From NCBI GenBank assembly GCA_963675515.1, contig OY776328.1, forward strand, positions 2,400,001 through 2,432,000: DNA of 32,000 nt, written 5' to 3'. Every line of letters starts with the position of its first letter. The first letter of the stretch is position 1. Shown one piece after another: positions 8,056 through 17,558 of this stretch. The stretch comes from Coprobacillaceae bacterium (GTDB lineage Bacteria > Bacillota_I > Bacilli_A > Erysipelotrichales > Coprobacillaceae). Both the position numbers and the translations under genes were made by a program. The notes under the pieces were generated by a model. The model was not told where the DNA came from and did no database searches. It saw nothing but the letters and a program-made list of their open reading frames with translations.

Positions 8056-10410
8056 ATGGACGTAATCAAAAGAAACAATACAGTAACACCTTTTCACAAG
8101 GAAAAAATCTACAACGCCATCATCAACGCCATGAATGAAACAGTAAAAGGAGTCGACGAGATTCTCGCAGCCGACATCACCAATGAGGTCGAGGAAATCC
8201 TGACTGGCTACTATTCGCCTTTTAGCGTCGACATCATCCAGGATGTCGTCGAAGGCCAGCTTATGGCCTCATCGCGCAAGGATGTTGCCAAGGTCTACAT
8301 GATCTACCGATATGAAAGGGACAAGTCCCGTCAGAAGCGGGCAACTCAAAGCGACAATCTCCTTTTGAGCGACGATTTCCTTTCCAACTACAAACATGTC
8401 CCATCGCCGTTAAAACAGCTGGGCAACTTTGTCTATTACCGGACTTACTCACGCTGGCTCGACGAGGAAAGCCGGCGCGAATACTGGTGGGAGACCGTGG
8501 CCCGGGCCGTCGAGTACAACTGCTCCCTTGTTCCCACAACGCGCAAGGAAGCCCAGGAGCTTTTCGACAACATCTTCAATCTCAAGCAGTTCTTGAGCGG
8601 CCGGACATTCTGGGTCGGGGGAACCGATGTTTCCAAGTACTATCCGATGGCCAATTACAACTGCGCCTTTGAAGTCATCGACAATTTCGAAGCCTTCAAG
8701 GACCTTTTCTACCTCCTTATGATCGGTTCGGGGGTCGGGGTCCGCATCCTCAAGGATGACGTTGCCAAACTGCCAAAAGTCCGGGTCGACTTCGAGGTGA
8801 TCAACGAGGACTACACCCCGATAAAGCGCAAACAGCGCGAGGATTCCACCTCACTTAATTTCATCCAGAAAAACATCGCCCGGATCATCATCGGCGATTC
8901 CAAAGAAGGCTGGACCCAGGCGCTTGACTTTTTCTTCAAGCTGATCTATTCAAGGGAATACCGGGAGATCAAGACGATTGTGATCAATTATTCCAACGTC
9001 AGGCCCAGGGGCGAACGGCTGGCAACCTTTGGGGGGACAGCTTCAGGCCACGAATCGATCAAGCGGATGTTTGAGAAGATCGTGACCGTGATCAAGAAAA
9101 GGGGAGTACTTGACCATTATTCGCTGGTCAAACTGATGCCCATCGACTGCCTCGACATAGCGAACATAATCGGGGAAAACGTCGTGGTCGGCGGGGTGCG
9201 CCGGACTGCCGAAATAGTCCTGGTCGATGCCGATGACAAGGAATGCATCGAAGCCAAAAGCAACCTCTACAAGCAGATTGACGGCCAATGGCTCGTCGAC
9301 AAGGACATCATCCACCGGCAGATGTCGAACAATTCGATTTACTACCGCCAGAAACCCAGCCGCGAACAGCTCCACTGGCAGATCGAACAGATGCGTTTTT
9401 CCGGTGAACCGGGCTGGGTCAATGAGGTGGCCGGACTCAAACGCCGCCCGAACATGAACGGGGTCAACCCATGCGGTGAGATCCTTCTTGATTCCAAGGG
9501 TCTTTGCAACCTGACCACCATCAACGTCTATGCCTTTGTCAATGATAATGGTGAAATCGACTACGAAGGTCTCTATCAGGCCCAACGCTACTCGGCCCGG
9601 GCTGGATACCGGATGACATGCACCGAACTGGAGCTGCCGGCCTGGAACACAGTCCAGCAGCGCGACAAGCTCGTGGGATGCTCACTGACAGGATGGCAGG
9701 ATTTTGTAAACAAGGCCAACCTTTCAATGGAACAACAAGGTGAGATTTTACGCAAGCTGCGGGAGGTGGCCCACGAAGCGGTGAGTGAATATTCTACGCA
9801 GATCGGACAGAACGCGCCGCTGCTTGTGACTACGGTGAAACCGGAAGGAACACTGTCGCAGCTGCCAACAGTGTCAAGTGGCGTCCACTATTCCCACTCG
9901 CCTTACTATATCCGCCGCATCCGGATCAACGCCACCGATCCGCTGGTGAAGGTGTGCGAAGAGTTGAATTACCCGATCTTCCCGGAAGTCGGTCAGACAA
10001 TGGAAGATTGCTCGACCAAAGTGATCGAATTCCCGGTTAAGGCGCCCGTTGGAAAAACCAAATATGACGTCACCGCTTTGGAACAGCTGGAAAACTACAA
10101 ACTGTTCATGGAAAATTATGTCGACCACAACTGCTCGATCACTGTCCATGTAAGGGAGCATGAATGGGACGAGGTGGAACAGTGGGTATATGACCACTGG
10201 GACGATACCGTGGCCCTGTCTTTCCTTTCACTCGATGACAGTTTCTACCAGCTGTTGCCATATGAAGCGATCGATGAGACTGAATACAAACGGCGCGAAT
10301 CAAAAATGCGTCCGTTCGTCCCTAGCCTGCTCAAGAAATATGAAAAGCAGGAACAGGAACTCGACGTAGGTAATGACGGGTGCGAAAGCGGCGTCTGCCC
10401 GGTAAGATAA
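8056..10410 (+). CDS. nrdJ: adenosylcobalamin-dependent ribonucleotide reductase, class II (RTPR/NrdJ-like) with N-terminal ATP-cone
   Basis: ATP-cone at the N-terminus (VIKRNNTVTPFHKEKIYNAI ... AKVYMIYRYERD). Thiyl-radical loop NPCGEI. C-terminal redox cysteine pair CESGVCPVR, resembling the L. leichmannii RTPR tail. GGAGG SD lies 6 nt upstream of the ATG. Confidence 0.9.
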   Translation: MDVIKRNNTVTPFHKEKIYNAIINAMNETVKGVDEILAADITNEVEEILTGYYSPFSVDIIQDVVEGQLMASSRKDVAKVYMIYRYERDKSRQKRATQSDNLLLSDDFLSNYKHVPSPLKQLGNFVYYRTYSRWLDEESRREYWWETVARAVEYNCSLVPTTRKEAQELFDNIFNLKQFLSGRTFWVGGTDVSKYYPMANYNCAFEVIDNFEAFKDLFYLLMIGSGVGVRILKDDVAKLPKVRVDFEVINEDYTPIKRKQREDSTSLNFIQKNIARIIIGDSKEGWTQALDFFFKLIYSREYREIKTIVINYSNVRPRGERLATFGGTASGHESIKRMFEKIVTVIKKRGVLDHYSLVKLMPIDCLDIANIIGENVVVGGVRRTAEIVLVDADDKECIEAKSNLYKQIDGQWLVDKDIIHRQMSNNSIYYRQKPSREQLHWQIEQMRFSGEPGWVNEVAGLKRRPNMNGVNPCGEILLDSKGLCNLTTINVYAFVNDNGEIDYEGLYQAQRYSARAGYRMTCTELELPAWNTVQQRDKLVGCSLTGWQDFVNKANLSMEQQGEILRKLREVAHEAVSEYSTQIGQNAPLLVTTVKPEGTLSQLPTVSSGVHYSHSPYYIRRIRINATDPLVKVCEELNYPIFPEVGQTMEDCSTKVIEFPVKAPVGKTKYDVTALEQLENYKLFMENYVDHNCSITVHVREHEWDEVEQWVYDHWDDTVALSFLSLDDSFYQLLPYEAIDETEYKRRESKMRPFVPSLLKKYEKQEQELDVGNDGCESGVCPVR

Positions 10411-10450
10411 AAAAAGAGGTCTGTCAGCTTCGTGCTGGCAAACCTTTTTT
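10411..10450. terminator. hairpin terminator between convergent nrdJ and thiN (overlaps the thiN 3' end)
   Basis: A-run, then an imperfect long inverted repeat GAGGTCTGTCAGC-ttcg-TGCTGGCAAACCTT, then a T-run. The thiN stop (10424-10426) lies inside the stem. Confidence 0.5.
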
Positions 10451-11038
10451 GTCGTTCGATAAAATTATGTACAGACCTTTGGTGGATATTATCTCCACCT
10501 CACCTGCAAGCGCCTCATTGGAGACACATAGCGTGTCCCCGATTGTCAGGCGATAATCCACCAGGGGATATTTCGCATTTTTGACAGTCACCAGATTCTC
10601 CTCGAAACTAAAAAGCGAGAAGTACCTGTACCCGGTATCTTCGAGGGTGTTGTACGTGTCGTTTGCATAATAGATGAGATTCTGGTCATCCTTGATGATG
10701 ATGTTGTAATTGCTGTAGCGATAAAGCAGGTTCATGACCGAAAGAAAATGGTCAAGCCGGCCCCCGGTAACCCCGAAAAGGTAGATGGTCGAATAGCCCC
10801 GATTGATGGCCTCTTGCAAGGCGACATGCATATCGGTATCATCTTTTATCTGGGGCAGCCTGATTGAATTGTATTTTTCAAGCATGCTTTCATCCTCGAG
10901 GGAATCGAAATCGCCGACGATGAACTTGGGCTCGATGCCCTGGTCGACAAGACAGCTAAGGCCGTTATCCACGGCTATGTATTCCAGGGAACGGTCCAGT
11001 TGCACCCAATCGCCGGCTCCGACGATACCGATCTCCAT
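10424..11038 (-). CDS. thiN: thiamine pyrophosphokinase
   Basis: GDFDS motif and a TPK catalytic plus B1-binding layout. It occupies the same position after rpe as B. subtilis yloS/thiN. The start shares one base with the rpe stop (TAATG). Confidence 0.85.
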   Translation of the reverse strand: MEIGIVGAGDWVQLDRSLEYIAVDNGLSCLVDQGIEPKFIVGDFDSLEDESMLEKYNSIRLPQIKDDTDMHVALQEAINRGYSTIYLFGVTGGRLDHFLSVMNLLYRYSNYNIIIKDDQNLIYYANDTYNTLEDTGYRYFSLFSFEENLVTVKNAKYPLVDYRLTIGDTLCVSNEALAGEVEIISTKGLYIILSNDKKGLPARS

Positions 11039-11700
11039 TATTTGAGTGACTCGATTGCTTGCTGGTAGTTGTCGCTGCCAAATATGTACGACCCGGCAAC
11101 AACCATTTCCACTCCGGCATCTTTGACCTGGTCGATTGTCTGGTCATTTATTCCCCCATCGACTTCAATCACGTACTTGTAACCTTTTTCCTTTTTCAAC
11201 TTCGCCAGCTCTTCGATTTTTTCCAGGGCAACCGGATTGAACGCCTGACCGCCAAATCCCGGTTCGACTGACATGACCAGAACAAGATCAAGCTTGTTGA
11301 GGTAAGGTTTGATTGCATCGACCGGAGTTTCTGGCTTCATCGAAAGCCCAGCCTTGACTCCCTTGATATGAAGGTAGTCGATCAGACGGGCGATCTGTCT
11401 CTCGTTTGTCATCGATTCGATGTGGAAAGTGATGTAATCAGCGCCGTTGGCGATGAACTTTTCCACAAACTCATTCGGGTTTTCGACCATCAGATGCACA
11501 TCAAGCGTCAAAGAAGTGACTTTGCGGACATCGTTGAGGATGGAATATCCAAATGAAATATTAGGGACAAAATGACCATCCATTACATCATAATGAAGCC
11601 AGCTGGCTCCTCCGTTTTCAACCTTGGCGATTTCCCAAGCCAGGTTGCTAAAATTTGCTGCTAACAGCGACGGTGCTACTTTAACCATATTTCTTTTCAT
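11038..11700 (-). CDS. rpe: ribulose-phosphate 3-epimerase
   Basis: APSLLAANF, HYDVMDGHFVPN, MSVEPGFGGQ and VDGGIN motifs. The start may instead be the ATG at 11688 (MVKVAPS...). Confidence 0.9.
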   Translation of the reverse strand: MKRNMVKVAPSLLAANFSNLAWEIAKVENGGASWLHYDVMDGHFVPNISFGYSILNDVRKVTSLTLDVHLMVENPNEFVEKFIANGADYITFHIESMTNERQIARLIDYLHIKGVKAGLSMKPETPVDAIKPYLNKLDLVLVMSVEPGFGGQAFNPVALEKIEELAKLKKEKGYKYVIEVDGGINDQTIDQVKDAGVEMVVAGSYIFGSDNYQQAIESLK

Positions 11701-12562
11701 CCCTTTCTCGTGCTTCTTGTAAAAGTGTCAGATAATTCTCGTATCGAAAACCGGCAATCTCGCCGTTTTCGACAGCCTGTTTGATGGCGCAATCCGGCTC
11801 CTTGTCATGCAGGCATCCCCGGAACTTGCATCCTTGGGCCAGTTCCCTGAAATCGTGGCAGGCCAGCGCGATCTCCTGGGGAGTCAAAGTCAACTCCAGC
11901 GATGAAAATCCGGGAGTGTCGGCGACTTGGCCGTTGGCCACTTCGACCAGTTCCACATGACGGGTCGTATGTTTGCCCCGGCCCAGGGCCTTGGATATCT
12001 CGTTTGTGCGCAATTCCAGCTGCGGATCAAGCTTGTTGAGCAGGCTTGACTTGCCAACCCCCGACTGACCGGTGATGACACTTACCTTATTTTCCAGAAT
12101 TGTAGCTATTTTGTCAATACCTGTGTTGTCTTTCGAGGAAAAAGGAATGACCTCGTATCCGGCTTTTTGATAACTGGAAATAATCTTTGCGACACTGTCG
12201 TCTATTCCCAAATCAGCCTTTGAAAGGCAGATGACCGGTTTGATTTGATTGTGCTCCATCAGGATGATGAACTTGTCAAGCAGGATGCTGGAAAAATCCG
12301 GTTCCTTGATCGAGCTCACCAGCAAGGCCTGGTCGACGTTGGCTATCGGCGGACGGACCAGGTGGTTTTCCCGTTCCTTGATCCTGGTGATGTACCCTTC
12401 TTTATGGTCGCGATGTTCGAATTCGACAAAATCTCCTACCAAGGGCTTGATTTCGTCTTTGCGAAACTTTCCCCGGGCCCGGCATGAAATCAGTTCACCA
12501 TCTCGGTCGCTCTGGACGTAGTAAAAGCCCGACAAAGCCTTGATTATTCTTCCACTATCCAT
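11681..12562 (-). CDS. rsgA: ribosome small-subunit biogenesis GTPase RsgA (CpgA/YloQ)
   Basis: OB-fold N-terminus, circularly permuted GTPase (NKADL-type SKADL, GQSGVGKSSLLN) and a C-terminal zinc cluster (CKFRGCLHDKEPDC). Confidence 0.9.
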   Translation of the reverse strand: MDSGRIIKALSGFYYVQSDRDGELISCRARGKFRKDEIKPLVGDFVEFEHRDHKEGYITRIKERENHLVRPPIANVDQALLVSSIKEPDFSSILLDKFIILMEHNQIKPVICLSKADLGIDDSVAKIISSYQKAGYEVIPFSSKDNTGIDKIATILENKVSVITGQSGVGKSSLLNKLDPQLELRTNEISKALGRGKHTTRHVELVEVANGQVADTPGFSSLELTLTPQEIALACHDFRELAQGCKFRGCLHDKEPDCAIKQAVENGEIAGFRYENYLTLLQEARERDEKKYG

Positions 12563-12573
12563 TGCATTCTCCT

Positions 12574-14526
12574 TTATTCATAATGAGGCAGTTCATCATA
12601 GTAATTAAGAGTGATTTTTGTTCCCCTTGTTGTCACTACCGTATTTTGAGGCAGCGATTGGGAAATTACCGTATTGATTTCGACACTCGAAGCTTCGGCT
12701 TCGCTGAGGTTCGACGGATCCAGGGCCACCAGGTTTACAACGAATCCTAGATCAAGCAGGTCGTTGCGGGCCTCGAACACATCGCCGCCCACATAGTCGA
12801 CTACAGTGACCTCGTACTCGTCCTTTTTGTTTGGCTTGACATCATAGTACTCCAGGGTGATTGTTGTGCCTTTTTCAGTCACAACAGTATAAGGCTCTAT
12901 AGACTGGCTTACCACCTCATCGATGACGATCGCATCAATTTGATCGTTGGTCAAATTCTCGCCACTTAACACTTTTAGAACCACAGTGAAATCCATGCCC
13001 TCCAGTGTCTCTTTGGCCTTGTCGATGTTTATTGATATCATATTCGGCACCTCTTTTGACCAGCCCTTTGATACGCTAAGGGTCAGGACATCGGCATCGT
13101 TGGGATCCACTTTCGTACCCTGGTCGAGGCTTTGTTTGACGACCTGGCCAACATCAACATCTATGTTCACTTCCTCGATTTGATATGGCATCTTGAATTC
13201 ATCGAGGATGGCGGTGACTTCGTCAATGTCGCGGCCCACATAGTCACCGATGATTATGTATTTCCCCGATGAAAGGGTCAAGACGATCGGCTCGTTGGTG
13301 GCGGCAGTCTGGTTTGCTAGAGGATCGGTGGTGACAATCAGTCCCTCATCGATGTCGTCGGTAAGCTGGTACTCGTACTCTTGAGCTACGCTCCCGCCGT
13401 ATGATTCGATTATCTCGCTAGCCTCTTCGACACTCTTGCCCGACAAGTCAGGCATCACAAATGTCTTTGGCCCCTGGTTGAGCAGGACCATCAGGATCAC
13501 AACCACCAGCAGCAGGGTGGCAAAAACACCACCGATGATCATCTTCTTTTTCCGGTCCCATGGAAGATTGAACAGCGAGCGCTGCCGACTTTCGGGCTCT
13601 TCACTGGAAGTGGGCTGTCTTTTCTTTTCCGATTGCAAATGATGAGCCGGCGCGATGATTGTTTCCTGGTCTTCAATGCTATGGCTGGCGAAACTGATTT
13701 TTGGCTGATCGGGATCGCTCAGGCAAGTGCTTAGATCCTGCAACAATTCATCAGTGGTCAAATAACGGTCACTCAGATTTTTCGCAGTAGCTTTGGTGAT
13801 GATGTTTTCGATTGATTGGGGAATGGTCGCATTGAATTCCCTAATCGGTGGAATGTCTTCTTGCATGTGTTTCAAGGCGATATTGACAGGGGTATCCGAA
13901 CTGAAAGGAACGTCGCCGCGGAGCAGCTCGTAAAGCACGATCCCCAAAGCATAGATATCTGATTGGGCGGTCGCCTTTTCACCCCGGCACAGCTCGGGTG
14001 CAAGATAATGCAGCGACCCCATAATGACATCATTTTTGGTCACCTGGGCCAGAGACTCCATCGAAGCTATCCCGAAATCGGCAATCTTGGCGATGCCGCT
14101 GTCGGTCACCAGGATGTTTTGGGGCTTGAGGTCGCGATGGATGATGTCAAGTCGATGCGCCGCCTTGACTCCGGCCACAGCCTGCTTGAAGATATTGATT
14201 GCTTCAATATAATGCAATGCTCCCCGTTTGTGGATCAGCTCCTTCAATGTCACACCTGTAACATATTCCATGGCGATGAAATACTGGTTGTCATCTTCGC
14301 CAACATCATAGATTTCCACCACGTTCTTGTGGGACAGGCTTGCTGCCGCGCTCGCTTCGCGCTTGAACCGGGCCACATACAGCGGATCCTTGGCCAATGA
14401 CGTGCGCAGAATTTTCACCGCCAGCATCCGGTTAAGTATCGTATCCTTTGCCAGGTAGACATCAGCCATCCCACCTTGGCCAATCAATTCAATAAGCTCA
14501 TATCGGCCGGCTATTTTTCTAGTCAT
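12574..14526 (-). CDS. prkC: Ser/Thr protein kinase with extracellular PASTA repeats (PrkC-like)
   Basis: Hanks kinase motifs (GQGGMADVY, HRDLKPQN, DFGIA, APE), one TM segment and four PASTA-like repeats. The track start is extended; I use the ATG at 14526, 6 nt after GGAGG, overlapping the prpC stop by 8 nt. Confidence 0.9.
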   Translation of the reverse strand: MTRKIAGRYELIELIGQGGMADVYLAKDTILNRMLAVKILRTSLAKDPLYVARFKREASAAASLSHKNVVEIYDVGEDDNQYFIAMEYVTGVTLKELIHKRGALHYIEAINIFKQAVAGVKAAHRLDIIHRDLKPQNILVTDSGIAKIADFGIASMESLAQVTKNDVIMGSLHYLAPELCRGEKATAQSDIYALGIVLYELLRGDVPFSSDTPVNIALKHMQEDIPPIREFNATIPQSIENIITKATAKNLSDRYLTTDELLQDLSTCLSDPDQPKISFASHSIEDQETIIAPAHHLQSEKKRQPTSSEEPESRQRSLFNLPWDRKKKMIIGGVFATLLLVVVILMVLLNQGPKTFVMPDLSGKSVEEASEIIESYGGSVAQEYEYQLTDDIDEGLIVTTDPLANQTAATNEPIVLTLSSGKYIIIGDYVGRDIDEVTAILDEFKMPYQIEEVNIDVDVGQVVKQSLDQGTKVDPNDADVLTLSVSKGWSKEVPNMISINIDKAKETLEGMDFTVVLKVLSGENLTNDQIDAIVIDEVVSQSIEPYTVVTEKGTTITLEYYDVKPNKKDEYEVTVVDYVGGDVFEARNDLLDLGFVVNLVALDPSNLSEAEASSVEINTVISQSLPQNTVVTTRGTKITLNYYDELPHYE

Positions 14527-15262
14527 TGAAAACCTCCAAATTATCAATCAGGCAAACTGAAATATTGTCTACACCGCCATTGAGATTGGCCATTTTTATC
14601 AATTGTTCGACCTTGGCCGGCAATTTGTTTTTAGATTTGAGTATTTTAATGATATCCTTGTCATCAACACAATTGTATAGACCATCGGAACAAAGCAGGC
14701 ACATCCGGTTGGTGAAATCGTGACTAGCTATAGTAACCTCGATTTTTTCGCTGGCTCCGATTGCCTGGTAGAGAACATGCTTTTTCGAATGGTTCTTGGC
14801 CTCATCTTGAGAGATCGCTCCGGTGCGGACAAGTTCATTGACCAGAGTGTGGTCCGATGTCACCTGCTCAAGACTCGATCCGTCAAAAAGATATGCCCTC
14901 GAATCACCTACATGGGCGATCTGGATCTGGTTGTTTATCGCAACCGCCAGCACCACTGTTGTTCCCATGCCCTGATGTTCGCTGTTGGTCATCGCCATTT
15001 TTTTGACAACCTCGTCGCTTTTGATGATTGCGTCATTTATGAAAGACAAAGCCTCCTGGCTGTTTTGAAAAGGCGGCGTGGCATTGAAGTAGTTGGATAT
15101 GTAATTGATTACGGCTTTGGAAGCAATTTCCCCAGCCTTATGGCCGCCCATTCCATCGGCGACGACCGCAATCACTTGATCTTTGGGATTGGCATCATAA
15201 AATATGCAATCCTGGTTCTGCTCCCTTACCAGCCCGCGATCAGTTTTTCCATAACAATTCAT
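14519..15262 (-). CDS. prpC: PP2C-family Ser/Thr phosphatase (PrpC/Stp-like)
   Basis: PP2C motifs RxxNQD, DGMGGH and SDG...DNIS. It sits immediately upstream of, and overlapping, the kinase gene. Confidence 0.9.
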   Translation of the reverse strand: MNCYGKTDRGLVREQNQDCIFYDANPKDQVIAVVADGMGGHKAGEIASKAVINYISNYFNATPPFQNSQEALSFINDAIIKSDEVVKKMAMTNSEHQGMGTTVVLAVAINNQIQIAHVGDSRAYLFDGSSLEQVTSDHTLVNELVRTGAISQDEAKNHSKKHVLYQAIGASEKIEVTIASHDFTNRMCLLCSDGLYNCVDDKDIIKILKSKNKLPAKVEQLIKMANLNGGVDNISVCLIDNLEVFND

Positions 15263-15270
15263 CTTTCCTG

Positions 15271-16293
15271 TTACTCCACTCTTTTGGCCCGCAGCTGCCC
15301 GCAGGCACCATCGATGTCGCTGCCGTGTTCCTTGCGTTGGGTCGTGTTGATATGAAGGCGGAGCAGTTCGGCTTTGAAGGCCGCCGTCTTTTCAGGAGTT
15401 GAAGGCATGTAATCGTTGTCGGCCACCGCATTGTAGGGAATCAGATTGACATAGGCATTGAGGCCGCGCAGATAGTGGGCCAATTGGCGGGCATGGATAA
15501 GTTCGTCGTTGATCCCGTCGATCAGGATGTATTCGAAAGTCACCCGGCGGTTGGTAGCGGCGATGTAGTTGGCAACGGCGCTTCGCAACATGTCCATGTT
15601 GTAAGTCTTGTTTATTGGCATCAGCACGTCACGGATTTCGTCATTTGATGCGTGAAGCGAAATAGCCAGGTTGGTCTGGATACCCTCGGTTGCGTATCTT
15701 TCGATTCCCGGAATCAATCCGCAGGTCGAAATCGTGATATGGCGCGCCCCGATTGCCAGGCCGGCAGGGTCATTGATGATCCGGACAAAATCCATTACAT
15801 TGTCATAATTGTCGAACGGTTCACCCGTCCCCATCACCACCACATGGGAAATACGCACATCAAGGTCATGGGAGACCTTCATGACCTGACCGACCATTTC
15901 GCCTGGAGTCAGGTTGCGGACTCTTTTTAGCAGCCCGCTGGCGCAGAATTTGCACGCCATGTTGCATCCGACCTGGCTGGTGACACAAAGACTCAGTCCG
16001 TAATCATGGACCATAAGCACTGTCTCGATCAGGTTGCCATCAGTCAATTCGAACAGATACTTGACAGTTCCATCCTTAGATGTCTGCTTGTCGGCAATCT
16101 TCAATCCGTCGATGACGAATTCCTGGTTCAGGCTGTCGCGCAGGTCTTTAGATAGGACCGTGATGTCATCGAAGCTGTTGGCCTTCTTGGTGTAAAGCCA
16201 GCCAAAAAGCTGTTTCGCCCTGAATGGCTTCTGGTTTATTTCCATAAAATAGTCTTGCATCTTGGCAAGAGTGAAATCGTATATCAGTTTCAT
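15271..16293 (-). CDS. rlmN: 23S rRNA/tRNA adenine-C2 methyltransferase RlmN (radical SAM)
   Basis: FRAKQLFGWLY N-terminus, CNMACKFCASG radical-SAM cluster motif, and a C-terminal catalytic Cys in DIDGACGQL. Confidence 0.92.
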   Translation of the reverse strand: MKLIYDFTLAKMQDYFMEINQKPFRAKQLFGWLYTKKANSFDDITVLSKDLRDSLNQEFVIDGLKIADKQTSKDGTVKYLFELTDGNLIETVLMVHDYGLSLCVTSQVGCNMACKFCASGLLKRVRNLTPGEMVGQVMKVSHDLDVRISHVVVMGTGEPFDNYDNVMDFVRIINDPAGLAIGARHITISTCGLIPGIERYATEGIQTNLAISLHASNDEIRDVLMPINKTYNMDMLRSAVANYIAATNRRVTFEYILIDGINDELIHARQLAHYLRGLNAYVNLIPYNAVADNDYMPSTPEKTAAFKAELLRLHINTTQRKEHGSDIDGACGQLRAKRVE

Positions 16294-16296
16294 TGA

Positions 16297-17550
16297 TTAC
16301 TCCTTAGTTATTTTGCATATGTAAAACCCGTCACTCATATATTCATAAGGCAGGATTGTCCGCTCGTATTCGATCAAGCAGTCGGGATGGCGCGCTACAA
16401 AGGCCGCCGTCATCTTCTCATTTTCCTTCTTGTTTAAGGTGCAGGTGCTGTATACCATTTTACCACCTTTTTTCAGTAAATAGTATCCATTTTCTAACAA
16501 TTTCTCCTGGATTTTGGCCACCTCATCGAGCACGGAGCTGTCGTTGTAGCGGATCTCCGGTTTGCGGCGCATCACGCCCAGGCCGCTGCAAGGACCGTCA
16601 AGGAGAATCTTGTCGTAAGATTCTTGTTCGAGCGTGTCTTTCAGGGTGGTGGCATCCTGGCAGAACAGTTCGACATTGGTCACTCCCAGACGCTCAAGGG
16701 CGCACCTGATCAGTTCGAGTTTGTGTTCGTAGATGTCATAGGCATGGATAACGCCCTGGTTTTCCATAAGCATCGCCAGATGGGTTGTCTTGCTCCCTGG
16801 AGCCGCACACATGTCGAGAACCTTGTCGGTTTTTTCAGGATCGAGAATCCGGGCGACCAACTGGGACGACTCATCCTGGATGGCAACCTCTCCCAAAAGA
16901 TATTCCTGGGTGTTTGCGATATTCCCCGCCTTGAAATACAGGGCGTCCTGCGACAGCTTCCCTAAAGTGAAGTCCGGATTGGCCGCGCAGATTGCTTCAC
17001 GGGTCGTCTTCAAGGTGTTGACCCGGGCCGTTCTTGGAGGCGTCAGGTTGTTTGATTCGAGAATTTTCCTGGTCGTTTCAAGACCGTACTGAGCCTTGAA
17101 CATCTTGACAATCCACAATGGGTGCGAAGTGGTGATGGAAAGACGAGTGTCCTCATCCTCCTGTAAAACATCCCGCTTTGTCCCATTTAGATAGGTATTC
17201 AAGATCGCGTTGACAAACTTACCCTCATTGATCGACTTGGCCTTGGCCATGTTGACACTGCTCGAAACGACCGCATAGTCGGGTATGCTGTCGAGAAATT
17301 CCAACTGGTACAGGGCCATAAGCAGGATCACCTTGTCGCGCATCTTGACTTTCTTGCCTTCGATAAGGGGCGCAAGAAGATACTCGAGGTAGAGCTGGTA
17401 CTGGACCACGCCATAGACGACCTTTGTGATCAGATCCTTGTCCTGACGGGTCAGGCCCTCTTTTTTCAGCTCCTGATTCAAAGACAGGTTAAGATAGCTG
17501 CCTTCCAAAAAATACTTGGTCAATATTTTCAACATTATTAATCGTGCCAT
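16297..17550 (-). CDS. rsmB: 16S rRNA (cytosine967-C5)-methyltransferase RsmB (Sun)
   Basis: NusB-like N-domain. SAM-binding DMCAAPGSKT, catalytic DGPCSG and YSTCT motifs. Confidence 0.88.
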   Translation of the reverse strand: MARLIMLKILTKYFLEGSYLNLSLNQELKKEGLTRQDKDLITKVVYGVVQYQLYLEYLLAPLIEGKKVKMRDKVILLMALYQLEFLDSIPDYAVVSSSVNMAKAKSINEGKFVNAILNTYLNGTKRDVLQEDEDTRLSITTSHPLWIVKMFKAQYGLETTRKILESNNLTPPRTARVNTLKTTREAICAANPDFTLGKLSQDALYFKAGNIANTQEYLLGEVAIQDESSQLVARILDPEKTDKVLDMCAAPGSKTTHLAMLMENQGVIHAYDIYEHKLELIRCALERLGVTNVELFCQDATTLKDTLEQESYDKILLDGPCSGLGVMRRKPEIRYNDSSVLDEVAKIQEKLLENGYYLLKKGGKMVYSTCTLNKKENEKMTAAFVARHPDCLIEYERTILPYEYMSDGFYICKITKE

Positions 17551-17558
17551 AATTTCTC

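Noticed and set aside
9043-9585. 180-aa minus-strand ORF, and several 60-107-aa ORFs, inside nrdJ (8261-8672, 9227-9727, 9874-10369)
   Set aside because: They are embedded in the RNR coding sequence, whose motifs are unambiguous. The translations are compositionally odd.
14720-15355. 211-aa + strand ORF opposite prpC/rlmN. Others overlap the prkC, rlmN, rsmB, priA, gmk and rsgA/rpe/thiN coding regions, antisense or out of frame (e.g. 13963-14400, 16356-16709, 16624-16965, 17784-18293, 18705-19022, 19083-19784, 19824-20317, 10803-11271, 12245-12521).
   Set aside because: Shadow ORFs of the ylo-type operon genes. No independent expression signals were found.
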